Positions 48,520 to 61,696 of a DNA stretch of 64,000 nt are shown here, piece by piece. The notes under the pieces were generated by a model. The model was given only the letters and a program-made list of their open reading frames with translations, did not search any database and had not been told where the DNA came from. Source of the DNA: Spongospora subterranea f. sp. subterranea (taxonomy: Eukaryota); NCBI GenBank assembly GCA_049724395.1, contig JAUGWO010000156.1, positions 62,001 to 126,000 of the forward strand, given 5' to 3'. Made by a program: the position numbers and the translations under genes. Numbering within the stretch: position 1 is the first letter of the stretch; each line of letters starts with the position of its first letter.

Positions 48520-51200
48520 ATGGCTCCGCTCCCTTTTCATATCAATGGCAGGAAAATGGTGTATCGCAGCAAAAATTTAAATTCGTCGTATCATCGATGC
48601 AGTCGGTGGCGGTCATCATCGCGGCAGGTGCCAGGCCCGGGGACGGCTGAGCTCCTGGCATCTGGAGCAATACGAGAATTGACCCCTCATTCTTGCAATC
48701 CTCACAATGAAGTTCCAGGTCATGGTCAACGAGCCGATGCCACTCAGGAGGTCTCAACATTCGTCCCGCCAAAACTTCATATTTCGTTTACCTATCCAGT
48801 AGATGCGCTCGCTGATCGATGCAATCGCTATTCGGGATCGTGCACAACCTGCACGCATGGTTTGGGAAAAGCATCACGCATCATCACGCGACGACATTTG
48901 GACGTACCAATTACGTGCATGACCCGAAGCGCATGTCTTGACAGGGTTCAATATATTCGGACGGGAGGGTCCTCGTCTGACCAGTTTCGAACGATTGAGA
49001 CCCCAGAGATGGCTTATTAACGTCGGATCGGATGAATTTCTTTTGGGCTACATTACCCCAGTTTTCGAAAAAACGGTCAAACACAATATTGGGTTGTGGG
49101 GACACCCGGCCCTTTGTAACATGCTCAAACGCTCTCATATCGATCTCTTTATCGACGCTACGTTTCGGCTGGTCCCTAAACCTTTCAAACAGCTTCTCAT
49201 AATTATGGTAAAAGATGCGGATATGGACCTGTATTTACCCGTCTTTTATACTCTTACGACGGGCAAAACAAAGTTTTTATATTTACAGGCTTTGGGTCTG
49301 ATGAAATTGCGTGTGGGAAATGCAATTTCTCCAGGGAGTGTCTGCTGCGATTTTGAGGCGGCTTTGATTGGCGCAGTTAAAGGTTCGAACAAGTTGAATG
49401 GATTTCTATGGATTGTGTTTACAGACACATTCCCGGTATTGCCTTCAATTACAGGCTGTCTCTTCCATTGGAAACAGGCGAACCGCCGCAGGCTTATACA
49501 ACTCCGGATGCATATTTCTCTGATCAACGTGTTAATGATCCCGGGAAACCTGGACGTGTTAACGCTAATTCCTCACGGTGAAATCATGGAGCAGGGGTTT
49601 GGCTATATTTCCTCTCTCCTCGAACCGATTCCTGCATTCAGAGATGATTCCAGTGAAGGGCAGAAGCTCGATCAGTTCTTTAGCTATTTCAGACGGATGT
49701 GGATTAAAACAATTCATCCAAAACACTGGAACATCAGTCGGCAGATTGCTTCAGGAGAGTGTATCGCTAATAGGACAAATAACCCGATTGAGTCTTACAA
49801 CAACCGCTGTAACAATTTGTTCCCTTCGGCTCATCCCAGCCTCACAGTTTTGATTGACGTTCTTCGTGGAGACGCTGAGTCGTTTGTCCGTTTGATACAC
49901 GAGATCGATCAGGGGATCAGTGTTGCACCGTCTCATGCTCCTTCTTTTGTGCCAACACAAGCGCTTATTCCTCCTGGCTATATTGAATTTATCCGACGAT
50001 TCGAATCAGAAGCAACGCAAACGGTGGAAAGGTTTGTGTTCTGATTTGTCTCAGATGCCTTTTTTTTAATTTATGATTCACGCAGACCCAACTATGTTCC
50101 TGTCATGGCCCACGTTACATCCGTAATGAATGCAGAGTTGTCTACACCTGTTGTGGCAACTGTTGCGTCACGGTCTCATCTCCTCCATCATGCTGACGAC
50201 GCGACGAATGCAGAGATACCATCTCATCTCGTTGGGCTTGATGACGCGGCAGAATCAGATAGTTGCAACACCTCTGGCGCATATTCTGTTCCCGGTACTC
50301 ATAATTCGCATACAGCGCAGACCATTTCAGGTATTGCAGTTAGAAAAAATGAACAACTCGTTTGAGTCTTTTATAGAACAAGCACTATCTTGCAATGATA
50401 GTGATCAGGAACTTGCAGCCCTCAGGGACATCCTGGATTCTCCAAGACATGAGGCAGAACTTGCTGGAGAACCGGAGGACGTCGCATCAGAAGCGCAGCT
50501 GACATCGATGCAGGCTTCAGACACAGTATGCGCTCCTGCGAATCTTGAATGGTTGCAACACTTTCGTTGTTATGGCTGCTTGTTTTACTGATTTTCTTGC
50601 AGTGATCGCATTAAGCTTGGACCTGGGGCTAAGATATTTTTTTGGTACCCTGGCAGGGTGCCAGGTCCCGGAAACGGCGTTTATGCGACAGTTTTAACAG
50701 TAATGTCATGTAGTTTTGATCTGTACTAGTTGTAACTTATGAGCAGGTGTTTCCCAAAGAGCGTTACCTGGAGACAGGCATACCTTTTGAACTGGATTGC
50801 TTCCATAGTTTATCTATGGATACCTGTGTATGAACAAATCTATTTCCAATGTCCAAAGCTGATTACTTTCCCAGATACAAGTTTTGTCCCCAATAGAGGT
50901 TAGGATGACACCGATTGAAACCTTCGATCTTCAGTCAGGTACTATGGGAGGAAGAACGATAGCGCAGGAGTACAGCCTGGAAATTCAACGTGAAATTTCT
51001 GAAATCACGAGATTGCATCCTGGATACCAAGATTGTTTCCAAGAATTTTGAATAAAAATTTCCATGATTGTTTTAATATTTGCAAAAAAATATTGTACAC
51101 ACGACGATACTATTGGATAAAAGGGGTGATTTTGGCTCTTGATTTCAGCAAGATTCCGCTGAATTTTCAGAGACTATATTCGTCAGCAATCGTGCTTCCT
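48520..51200 (+). mobile_element. Mutator-like (MULE) DNA transposon; transposase core 48938-50044, N-terminal zinc-finger-like part frameshifted or spliced; ends not defined
   Basis: 'FIDATFRLVPKPFKQLLII', 'CDFEAALIGAVK', 'GCLFHWKQA' and 'RTNNPIESYNNR' are MULE DDE motifs. A likely 42-nt in-frame intron lies at ~49382-49423. Confidence 0.88.
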
Positions 51201-51429
51201 TTAATTGTACCTGACTGAAGATCGTTAGGTGTCGTCGAAACCTTCACTGGGAAAACAACTTGTATCTGGGAAAATTCCTGGTCAAACGGGGACTTCCTAT
51301 TATTATGATAACAAAGCACTACATAAATACAGTATACGCTCTTAACATTACTGTAGATAAATATACACTTAACTGTATTTACAAGTGACTGCGCACAGTG
51401 TTGGATCAATTTTGGATCATTGCCGCCCG

Positions 51430-53023
51430 CTGAAAGTATGATATCTGACTGGGCCAGCTGTCGCTGAAAGTATGATATCTGACTGGGCCAACTGTCGACA
51501 ACTGAAAGTATGATATCTGACTGGGCCAGCTGTCAACTGTGACTGGGACAACTGAAAGTATGATATCTGACTGGGCCAGCTGTCGATATCTGAAAGTATG
51601 ATATCTGACTGGGCCAGCTGTCGACAGCTGAAAGTATGATATCTGACTGGGCCAGCTGTCGACAACTGAAAGTATGATATCTGACTGGGCCAGCTGTCGA
51701 CAACTGAAAGTATGATATCTGACTGGGCCAGCTGTCGATATCTGAAAGTATGATATCTGACTGGGCCAGCTGTCGATATCTGAAAGTATGATATCTGACT
51801 GGGCCAGCTGTCGATATCTGAAAGTATGATATCTGACTGGGCCAGCTGTCGATATCTGAAAGTATGATATCTGACTGGGCCAGCTGATATCTCTGAAAGT
51901 ATGATATCTGACTGGGCCAGCTGTCGACAACTGAAAGTATGATATCTGACTGGGCCAACTGTCGACAACTGAAAGTATGATATCTGACTGGGCCAGCTGT
52001 CGATATCTGAAAAGTATGATATCTGACTGGGCCAGCTGTCGATATCTGAAAGTATGATATCTGATTGGGCCAGCTGTGATATCTGAAAGTATGATATCTG
52101 ACTGGGCCAGCTGTCGATATCTGAAAGTATGATATCTGACTGGGCCAGCTGTCGATATCTGAAAGTATGATATCTGACTGGGCCAGCTGTCGACAGCTGA
52201 AAGTATGATATCTGATTGGGCCAGCTGTCGATATCTGAAAGTATGATATCTGACTGGGCCAGCTGTCGATATCTGAAAGTATGATATCTGACTGGGCCAG
52301 CTGTCGATATCTGAAAGTATGATATCTGACTGGGCCAGCTGTCGACAACTGAAAGTATGATATCTGACTGGGCCAGCTGTCGATATCTGAAAGTATGATA
52401 TCTGACTGGGCCAGCTGTCGATATCTGAAAGTATGATATCTGACTGGGCCAGCTGTCGACAACTGAAAGTATGATATCTGACTGGGCCAGCTGTCGACAA
52501 CTGAAAGTATGATATCTGACTGGGCCAGCTGTCGATATCTGAAAGTATGATATCTGACTGGGCCAGCTGTCGATATCTGAAAGTATGATATCTGACTGGG
52601 CCAGCTGTCGACAACTGAAAGTATGATATCTGACTGGGCCAGCTGTCGACAACTGAAAGTATGATATCTGACTGGGCCAGCTGTCGTCGATATCTGACAA
52701 CTGAAAGTATGATATCTGACTGGGCCAGCTGTCGATATCTGAAAGTATGATATCTGACTGGGCCAGCTGTCGACAACTGAAAGTATGATATATCTGACTG
52801 GGCCAGCTGTCGACAACTGAAAGTATGATATCTGACTGGGCCAGCTGTCGACAACTGAAAGTATGATATCTGACTGGGCCAGCTGTGGGCCAGCTGTCGA
52901 TATCTGAAAGTATGATATCTGACTGGGCCAGCTGTCGACAACTGAAAGTATGATATCTGACTGGGCCAGCTGTCGACAACTGAAATGATGATATCTGACT
53001 GGGCCAGCTGTCGACAGCTGAAA
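51430..53023. repeat. 38-bp minisatellite, about 42 units, consensus CTGAAAGTATGATATCTGACTGGGCCAGCTGTCGA(CAA/TAT)
   Basis: Direct reading of the array: two main unit variants interspersed, plus a few indel variants. Confidence 0.97.
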
Positions 53024-53107
53024 CGCATGGCCCTACAATACCATCACCAAAACAACAAGCAGAGTGTGACCGAAAATTCAATTTCTGAATGAAGATTTCG
53101 GGCAATG

Positions 53108-54874
53108 TCACCAATTTAAAGTGTAGTAATTGACAAGATTTGTGGGGGTTGTGCTTTCAATGGCGGCCTGAATAGCTCTGACCCATCCATGACATTCAGT
53201 GGCATCCACCGACTCGAAAAAATATTGCCTAGCCTTAGTCAGAACCAGAAAACTATGTTTGCGCCCAACCACGCCCCCATCTTGCAAATACGCTCCAGCC
53301 AGGCAAAATCCACCATCAGGTAAACTGGAATCATCCACGGGTTTATCTTTAAAATACACCAGCACTGGATTGGAACTGGAACATAGAAAGAAGTGTCGTT
53401 TTTTCCAATTTTGCCGTCTTCCTGTGTTGGCGACACGTTAAAACGGTATCAACTTGTATTCAACGTTGGACGATTACCCCCTTGTTTACTCATAGTACCG
53501 CACCAAAGAATTTTCTCTGATCTGTAAACAATCGGACAATCAAGAGGAAGCTAATCTGACCATTAGTAAGCGCCGCCAAAATATAAAAAGAGCAGTAAAC
53601 AGCATACCGCTAGTTGTTCACTAATTTGCTTGAACGAAAACAGAAGCGCTGTGCGCCTTAGAGCATGAACCCATTCAAACAATGAATCAGCATCAAGCGC
53701 AACAAAGGAGTACGTCCTATTTGGAGCTTCCAGCTGAAAGAGCAACTGTTGTGAAGCTTTTTGTCGGTGCTCTCCGTCTTTATCAACGCTGCAATAGTTC
53801 GGTCAGATTGAAAAAAACAAGATTTCGAACAGGTCAAAAGCGCTAGGAGATGGCAATTATAAAGCAGTCGCTTGAAAAAACAAATATAAACTAGAACCGA
53901 CGCGAATTGTCCCGGAAAATTGATTTTAACACCATGCCCGGATCCGGATAAATCGATTTGACCAGATGCTATGGAGGTGCTCGCCTTTTTGAAATAAGAG
54001 AGAGTGGAGCCGATCAGTACGAAATATCGAGTTTGAAATCGGCAACTCAGTCCACCTTAGGAAATGTGAGCCACTTGTTTCAAAAAGACCTCATGAAAAA
54101 CTAAATTACTTTGCTTCAACAATTGCCCCATCAAAGGCGGTTCGGGCACCTTCAAAAAAGCCTTTTGCGTTTGAAACTCTTTTTTGACGTATTTTGCACG
54201 GATCCAATTCTCTCGTACCTGCATATAATCAACTACTACATGGATATTGACGTTTGGAAAATTATTACGGAATCGGACGTAAGTGGACTCAAAGGGCGAG
54301 CATACCACTCAGGGACGTACGTCTCATATATCTCCCTGGAGCGACGATTGCCCATGGACAGCATGAAATCGATCAAACTCGGATCCCAGCAAGATGTGTC
54401 AAGGTCGATTGACCTGACTTTGCTAATATGAACTCCCAAGTTGCGATGGATCCCAGCACAGTTTATACAAATACTGTGAAAATACAAAAACATGAAAAAC
54501 GGCATTGATGACGTTGAGATGTAAACTCACAATATGCCTAGATTGATTGATGCCCTAACCAGGAAGAAAGTGCATCAGAAAACATGTCGAGAATATTTTC
54601 GCCAAATAAATACCAATTAGGATTCCGACCGTTGCAATCGGCGCATTCTAGATTTTCCGGCAAAGCTATCGCGTGTTCAGGAACAACAACAACTATTAGG
54701 ATACAAGCTTACCGGCAATATCTTGCATCGTCATATCGCCCGCCGACTGCCTATTCAAATTTCCCGTCAGCGACCCGAACCTTGAGGGCACGTTTTGGTT
54801 CACCTTTCAGGGGGTCTTATTTTGGCTGTCTGTTGATCCATCGCCCCCGCCAGCGTCCTCTCTGCATCCGTCAT
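53108..54874 (-). CDS. ArfGAP with two PH domains (ADAP/centaurin-alpha-like), multi-exon; both ends uncertain
   Basis: 'PENLECADCNGRNP', 'ICINCAGIHRNLGVHISKVRSIDLD', 'RENWIRAKYVKKEF'; PH C-termini 'RTYSFVALDADSLFEWVHAL' and 'RQYFFESVDATECHGWVRAI'. Confidence 0.88.
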
Positions 54875-55399
54875 TACACAAGAACTTGAAGATAATTCAA
54901 TCTGAACGATAAACGCGGCCTCGTATTGGGCTACAGCCTACAGTATAAGAAAAAAAAGGAGTAACGTCATTCTGACGTCACGGGTCCCCATGCTTGAACT
55001 GTAGCCACAGGAATATGTCTACACTGTCTATCTTGTTTCGACGACTCGACGGCGCGTTGACGCGTGAGCGGCGGAGGCACGGGGACGTACTGTACCAACC
55101 GTCCACTTGCCGTGTCGCCAATTTGGGAACACTATACAATGATCGGGTAACCGATTCATTTCATGCGGTTCCAGAATACCATGCTAGCTGCATTAGGTTG
55201 GATTCTGATTCTGCAACATGCGTTTAGGATTTCTGCAAATAAAACATTATTTAACATTTACTCGTAAAACCTGATCATCTTAAAATAGAATCGCCGTGTT
55301 TAATCCTGATGCAGGGTATCGTTCCAATGTCAACTTCAAAAATCGATTCTGGTCATTCACAAGTGTTTGAATAACAATCATCCTGATTTTTCTTCTGAA

Positions 55400-58300
55400 A
55401 TGTTCGGCGGAATAATATCAGCCGTTTCTGGGAGATGTATGTAGATTTTGATTTTTCGTTTTAGAGAGACTTCAACCCAACCAGTTCAAGCGCAAATGCT
55501 GTGCCATCTACGAAACCAGACCACTGCGATTTAATCATACCACCATTACTTGGCCTATTTCTTCATGCGATCAACAGGTCACCAAACAAAGCATCTGCGC
55601 TTACTCATTTATCAACAGACGTGCAATAAAAATCGGTCAGGTCTTGAATTGTTCCATGCACTATACAGCAACGGGAATTGAGTTGGCTTCTAGAAGAAAA
55701 TAAGTATATGAACAAATTCTAGAAATTTTGAATTACACTACTGTTGCAATTGCAATTCGTGATAAAACTCAAAGGCTTGGTGGGCTTACCAGATGGCTCG
55801 ACAAGAACTTGAGTACCTTGAAGAGTCCGTTGCGAGTTTTAGAGAATTCAAACAATCAAAGTGCGAATGGGGCCTTGTTTCTGTATGGGACGGATACAAC
55901 AATGTGTTCTGGCCTATATTCAGATTCAGAACACATTTAACAATCTCCTCTCAAATAACTTGAGCAACCAAATCAGAATTAACTCCAATCTCGTTCAAAG
56001 CTCAGGCAATTCACGCCCTGCTGAATGCATCGAAAAACAACCATTTGTCAAAATTTCATCGATTCGATAGGGGGCAACTATTTCGAATCTGAAGTCAATC
56101 AGCGAAATGGAAGTGTATGATATGGTGTTTAACTCATGATGCAAAGCCGCCAGCGTTGTTGTTTGTTTAGCTTAACCTGCGTTCATTTCCAGGACACCGT
56201 TAGTTGAATTGCTACTGCACAAGTCCAAAAAATCGAGCCGCGTTGATCAGCGTTTTATAATTACATTTACAGCTATTGATTAAGCGATCGGTTGTGATCT
56301 CCTTTCAGCGTATTCTTGCGCTGCCATATTATCTACGGAGAGACGATGTTCATGCTTGCCCGATCTTCAAGCTGAATCAGATCGCCACCGTCCATAGGAA
56401 CGTTAATGCTGACGTGGTAAGCAACATTTCCGATTAGCTCAAGGTGTGATCTCCTCGGTTGTTCTCTTGCTGTCTCATTACTCACTGTCCAGCCAATGAA
56501 CGCGATAAAGTTGATGGCCATGTACGCTGCCGTCGTCTCCGTTTTCGATGATGGATTTAATGACAACGTTAAGTAGCGACCTTTCACCTCTTTGGGCAAG
56601 ATAATCTCTACAAACCGATGCGCGGACGCAGATCTACAGTTAATACAGGCGCGATCGCCGGCACATCAACTGCAGTCGACATCGCCAATGATTGAAATTC
56701 CTGGAACATCGACGCTGCTCGGAGTTGGGCGAATGCTGACGGTTCCAGATTCCGGATCGGTTCTTCAGTTACGTAAATCGCCATCGACCCTACATCCGTC
56801 GGCTTCGGCCTGTTCGGATCGCCCACGGCGACGACGACGTGCGTCAAAGCGAACCGTTCACCCATCTCCATCGTGCAGTTCACGTTGTAGTAGCGTCCAT
56901 TAGCAGATCGCGCAGGAGGACCCCGTTCGTCAAGCATATTTGACATCGGATAGATTAGGCTCCCCATCGACAAGGCCCCTCCTGCGCCTGAGCATGAGTT
57001 CAAACGCATGGATAGCCGCTCCAGACCGAACTCGTCTGCAAAAAGAATCCTTTGAACAAGACGAGCGTTCTCTGAGCCCTAAATCGCAGACTCATCAGTA
57101 CCTTTGAAGACACACGGGCCCGCCCCATCAAAACAACAAGTTATACAGAATTAAATAGAAAAAATTTGGAAATCTCAGAAGTGCTTTCAAGACCAACTAG
57201 TTTTCATGTGATTCAGTACCGTTTCCAGAGATTTTCTTTCCATTGACTTGAGCGCTTTCTTTGTACCAAGATCAGTGGGTTTCAACGATCCTAAAACTGA
57301 CCATGAAACACTATTTCTCATACGACTGGATTCGGGTTCAGCTTGACTTGAAGAGTTCTCGGCCTTGACGAATGGCTGCATGCCATTCTGTTTTCTCTGG
57401 TTAGGGGACAGCGTCACGCTGCTACTTCCAGCCCTACTTATCGGCAGCGACGGAGTGGCAGAACGCGTTCCATCTTTGAAGCTTTTTGATTTCTCCAACG
57501 GAGATGGAGCCGTGTTAGGACCGGGCGTCTAGACAGCAAAGTAAGTCAATCAGCTTTTCTATTCTGTGGACTTTGTAAAAATGTCGTAGGGCATGCAACT
57601 AAAGCTTAGAAAAACTACTGAGAAACTGCACACCAACATCGCGAGTCAGATTAATTCTGGGTCCACTTGGCGCCGGAGTAGACAGCGAATTCGTAGGTGA
57701 AGATATTTCATGCGAAAACGATTTTTTTTATGGTAGACCGCAAAGCAGTAGGGGATCTAACCATTCATCAAAAAAGGAGAATGATCTGGGGACAACCATG
57801 TTTACATGTGCTCAGGTTCAGCTGGTTTGGAAAGCGATACACTCGGCATTAGGGCCAGCTTGGTTTCAACGATCTCATCGATGAGTGTGGTCAATGCCAT
57901 GCAGAGATCAAGAGCATCATTTCCAATCTCCGAGTCCTACCATAGCCATGTTATCAAAGCTGCACTGTCTTCCCAATGTCATTAGGCGGTTAAATTTGCA
58001 ACAGCATAATCATGCAGTAAAAAGGGGTATAAATCAAAAAATACGAATCATTGATAAAAAAAACGTTACATTGAGATATGTTTGAGAGTAACAGATCAAA
58101 TCGATTTACCTGATGTTCGTGAAAATGGTATCCCAAAATGCGTTCAATACCGCAATCGGTTAATTTTTTTATATACGTTAAATGCCAGGTGAAAGGTAGA
58201 TCAGTCTGTACCGCGAATGTTGTTAACAATTGCACTGCTCGAACCTATGCCAAGAACAGTCAAGCATTTCAGTTTGATAAATCAACTCGAAGACTCACCT

Positions 58301-60959
58301 GCATTGCCTCGGCGATTAAAGCCGACTTCGGAGATTCTGGGTCAATTAAACGCAACGCATTCGAGATTGCGGCTGAACCATCACTGGTTAGAGCATCCAG
58401 ACGAGGGCCGGCACCGATTCTTGCTATCTGACATTAGTGGCATCGCAACTCAACAAATAATCACGTGAATTGTGAAACTATATCTGCGAAAAAGTACTGA
58501 AATTCAAGAGGATATGAGACACAATGTCGAAAGGAATGCTAACTGCACGTAATGTGAATTAATCCAAAACAACAATACATGTGCAAGGTAGATGTAAAGC
58601 TGTATACCAGTTCCAAAACACCGAGGCATACGCCAGGCGGAACGACTTCAAGGTCTGTTAACGCAGGTAGATACGCTCCAAAATGTTGCAGCGACCTTGT
58701 AAAACTTCCTCCAAACCTGATACAGACACAGGGTGATCTCAAACTAGATTCACTTCAATCGAATTCAAAAATACAATGAAAATATTTCTTACCTTGCTGT
58801 ACCCGTATCCAATATCGCCCACAGTTTATGGCATAGCTGCCGATACAGGGGCAGCGATTGAGACCTAAATCGTGTTGGCGCATCGAATAATGCCTGCATA
58901 GAATCGAAACAGAGAACTCGTCCCATGGCGGAAGATGCTACTACATCGTCATCGCCCGGACGAACTTCTCGAGCTAGTTCCTAAGGTGACACATCGCAAG
59001 TACTTCAACATCATTTCAAAGAGAATTATAAAAAAGGAAGACTGTTTTGTCCCAATCTTAACGTCATGTACCTGAGCGTCAGAATACTGAATCAGACGGA
59101 ATATGATCTGGAACCCAGCCAAGACCATGCTAACTTCTTGTTGATTCAATAAATCCACCACGAAATCGTCGGATACTACGCGGGCAAAAATTCGCACGGT
59201 GCTTGCTTTTTGTTTTGCAATCGGAGACGGAACCCTTTCAAACTGTAAATCCACGCTTAGTAGGCCCCGAAAAATTGCTAACAGTTTCATCGTATAAAAA
59301 ACAGTGTTCCTAGGATCTACCATGATGGGATGCTGCTCAAAAATATACGGACACAACATAAAGCGAGTAAAAAGCCTCTGCAAAATGCAACGGCGCAGCA
59401 ATACTCATCATCAGCAATAAAATCTGATTCTACCTGTTGGGGTGCACCTGACATTCTATTATCTGGAGATTGGGCAGCTTTCGGTGTCGCTGAAGGAGAC
59501 ACGATTTCAACGGGTTCGCGACGTGATTTGTTCCAGATTGATGGCCCACAGCACGTAACGTCAGGATCAGTTCGATCTATCGTTGGATTCACGTCGTTTG
59601 GCTCAAGTTCTCTGTGAACGACAAATCATTGCTATCAGAGCAAACTTGTAAGAAAAAAACAGATTCCACCTACTTGACTTCACAGAATTCATTGAGACCA
59701 AAATCCACCTCAAATAAATCTCGAATCTTAAACGTAGTGAAGCACAGCAGCCTTTGAGAATTGGCATCCCACATCTCGAGACGCAAACTAGCGTGAAATA
59801 TGTCGTGCAAATCGAGGTCATAGGTAAAAAGGCTCGGGGCCGGTCCAAATACAGAATCGAGAGAATGTTTTTTAACGCCCGTTGCCTCTGTCGGGCTCCT
59901 GCACCAATCATATTAAATGCAATCCCTTTAGTAAGTCAACGAGCCAAGCAAAATCGTGACAAAAATCCATGTTGATGCAAAAATGCATTGTCAATAAGAC
60001 ATATAAGGTGCGACCGCTTAACAGGCCTGTTTATTATTTGATAAACGACAGTTTATGTGAAAATATCAGGCTGTTTAAGCTGCCGCGGAAAGAGTAAACC
60101 GTTGCTCGAAAGGTATCATGCTGCATTGCGAACGAATGTGGCTCGCGGTAAACCAAAAACGTTTTTATGAATTAGATGTGATATGAGACGAAATACACAG
60201 CGTTTTCAAAGAAACATAAACCGCTGATGATGACAGAATATACGTTACATCTAAGCACGTAACTATTGAAACCCAAGTGGGACATGTCTTTTATCGAAAA
60301 GTAACTCGATTCATAGCAATTGAGAATAACTGTGGATTAATTCTCACAAACCGCAGTCGATAGTTAATGATACTGGGAGTGTTATGATACAAAGGAAACC
60401 CTGAAGCGGGTGTCAAAAACTGGGACGGATTGTTTCTTACCCTTCTGTGTCAGGGACACTGTCGACGGAGGATGGCGATTGCGGCATTGACATCATGAGT
60501 TCAACCTCTTGAGCGGGCCTAGGATCAGGCACCATGAATATGGGAGACAACGTCCCAACCTCCACCTGAAGGAAATGCGTTATAGTCATTGACTACTCGT
60601 TTTTTATCACAAAATCCAGGAGATCCTTCAGGATTAGCAGGTGAAGCCATACCGCAGACTCAAGAACCACATCTTGCGTTGAGAGCGCCATCACTGGACT
60701 GCCTTCTTTCAATAGATATTCCGGATCATCGTCTGCCCGTATTGAAGCCGTTATCGATTTCACTTTCGAGTTTCTGTGCAAACAGGATTAACACCTCAGC
60801 GTGAAGCAGAGAGTCAACCATATGCTACGTTGGACGCCTTTGAAGAATGCCTTTACAGAAAATGTCTCTGACTTTTGGCCCACGTCGCAGCCATGTTGCC
60901 GGTGGCGGCATTAAGTTCTGTACGACGATCTCGCGAATATATAGGCGAGCATATGCCAT
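55400..60959 (-). CDS. Large multi-exon hypothetical protein gene (family not recognised; may be more than one gene)
   Basis: Series of minus-strand open segments bounded by GT/AG (e.g. 56333-56599, 56608-57009, 57187-57498, 58949-59401, 59603-59911, 60593-60781). Candidate ATG at 60959. Confidence 0.45.
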
Positions 60960-61696
60960 CGCCAACGGCGCTTCGTTTAGGTCTTAAGACAGGTCAAGGC
61001 AGTCTCATCGCCTGAAGTAGCTTTCAAATACAGGTTTCAGAATGAGAACTGTATAAGGAACGTGAATATGGTTTTAGATTCCAAGAAAATCTAGCAAGAT
61101 CGCTAATAGGGTACGGTCAACCATATCGACCTTATGATCGATAGGCAAACGCTGCACACTCTTTTTTTTTGTCCGCCTCCGGGCAAATTGAGCACTCGAC
61201 AGCGGCAGGACAAATCACATGTCTGGTTCCACAATCAATATTTCTAGAGCAACGATTATCAGGCCGTTGACCGGAACAATCGGCGAGGGGTTGATACATT
61301 GAACATTGCCTGAAATGACATCCCTATACGATCACGGGCAAAACTCGGCATTTTACCCGGTGACGATAAAATACAAATGCAAACAAGAAAAGGGAAAGAT
61401 GAGAATACCGAAGATACAATATCCTTCTTGGTGTAGCGGCTCACAGCTCGCTACAGTGCCCGTTTAATTCAAATTTCCACCAGGGAAACGACAGTCTTAA
61501 ACAATGAAGTGTACTGGTTGCACGATCAATTTTACTAAATAAAACGGGCAGAACCTCATGCATTGCGAAATTGAGTAACGGAGTGTTTTCCATGCTATAA
61601 ATTAGCCAATGGTAAATCAGTTGTCTGGTTAAAATCGGAGAATGTAATAACGTTTAGGCATTCTCATTTGAAACTTTATATCACAATTAATCGCAG

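Noticed and set aside
51430..53023. CRISPR-like array
   Set aside because: Units are contiguous with no unique spacers, no cas genes are present and the context is eukaryotic; it is a minisatellite.
51406..53028. Three long overlapping minus-strand ORFs as independent genes
   Set aside because: They follow automatically from a stop-free 38-bp unit; only the possible spliced fusion to ArfGAP is kept as a hypothesis.
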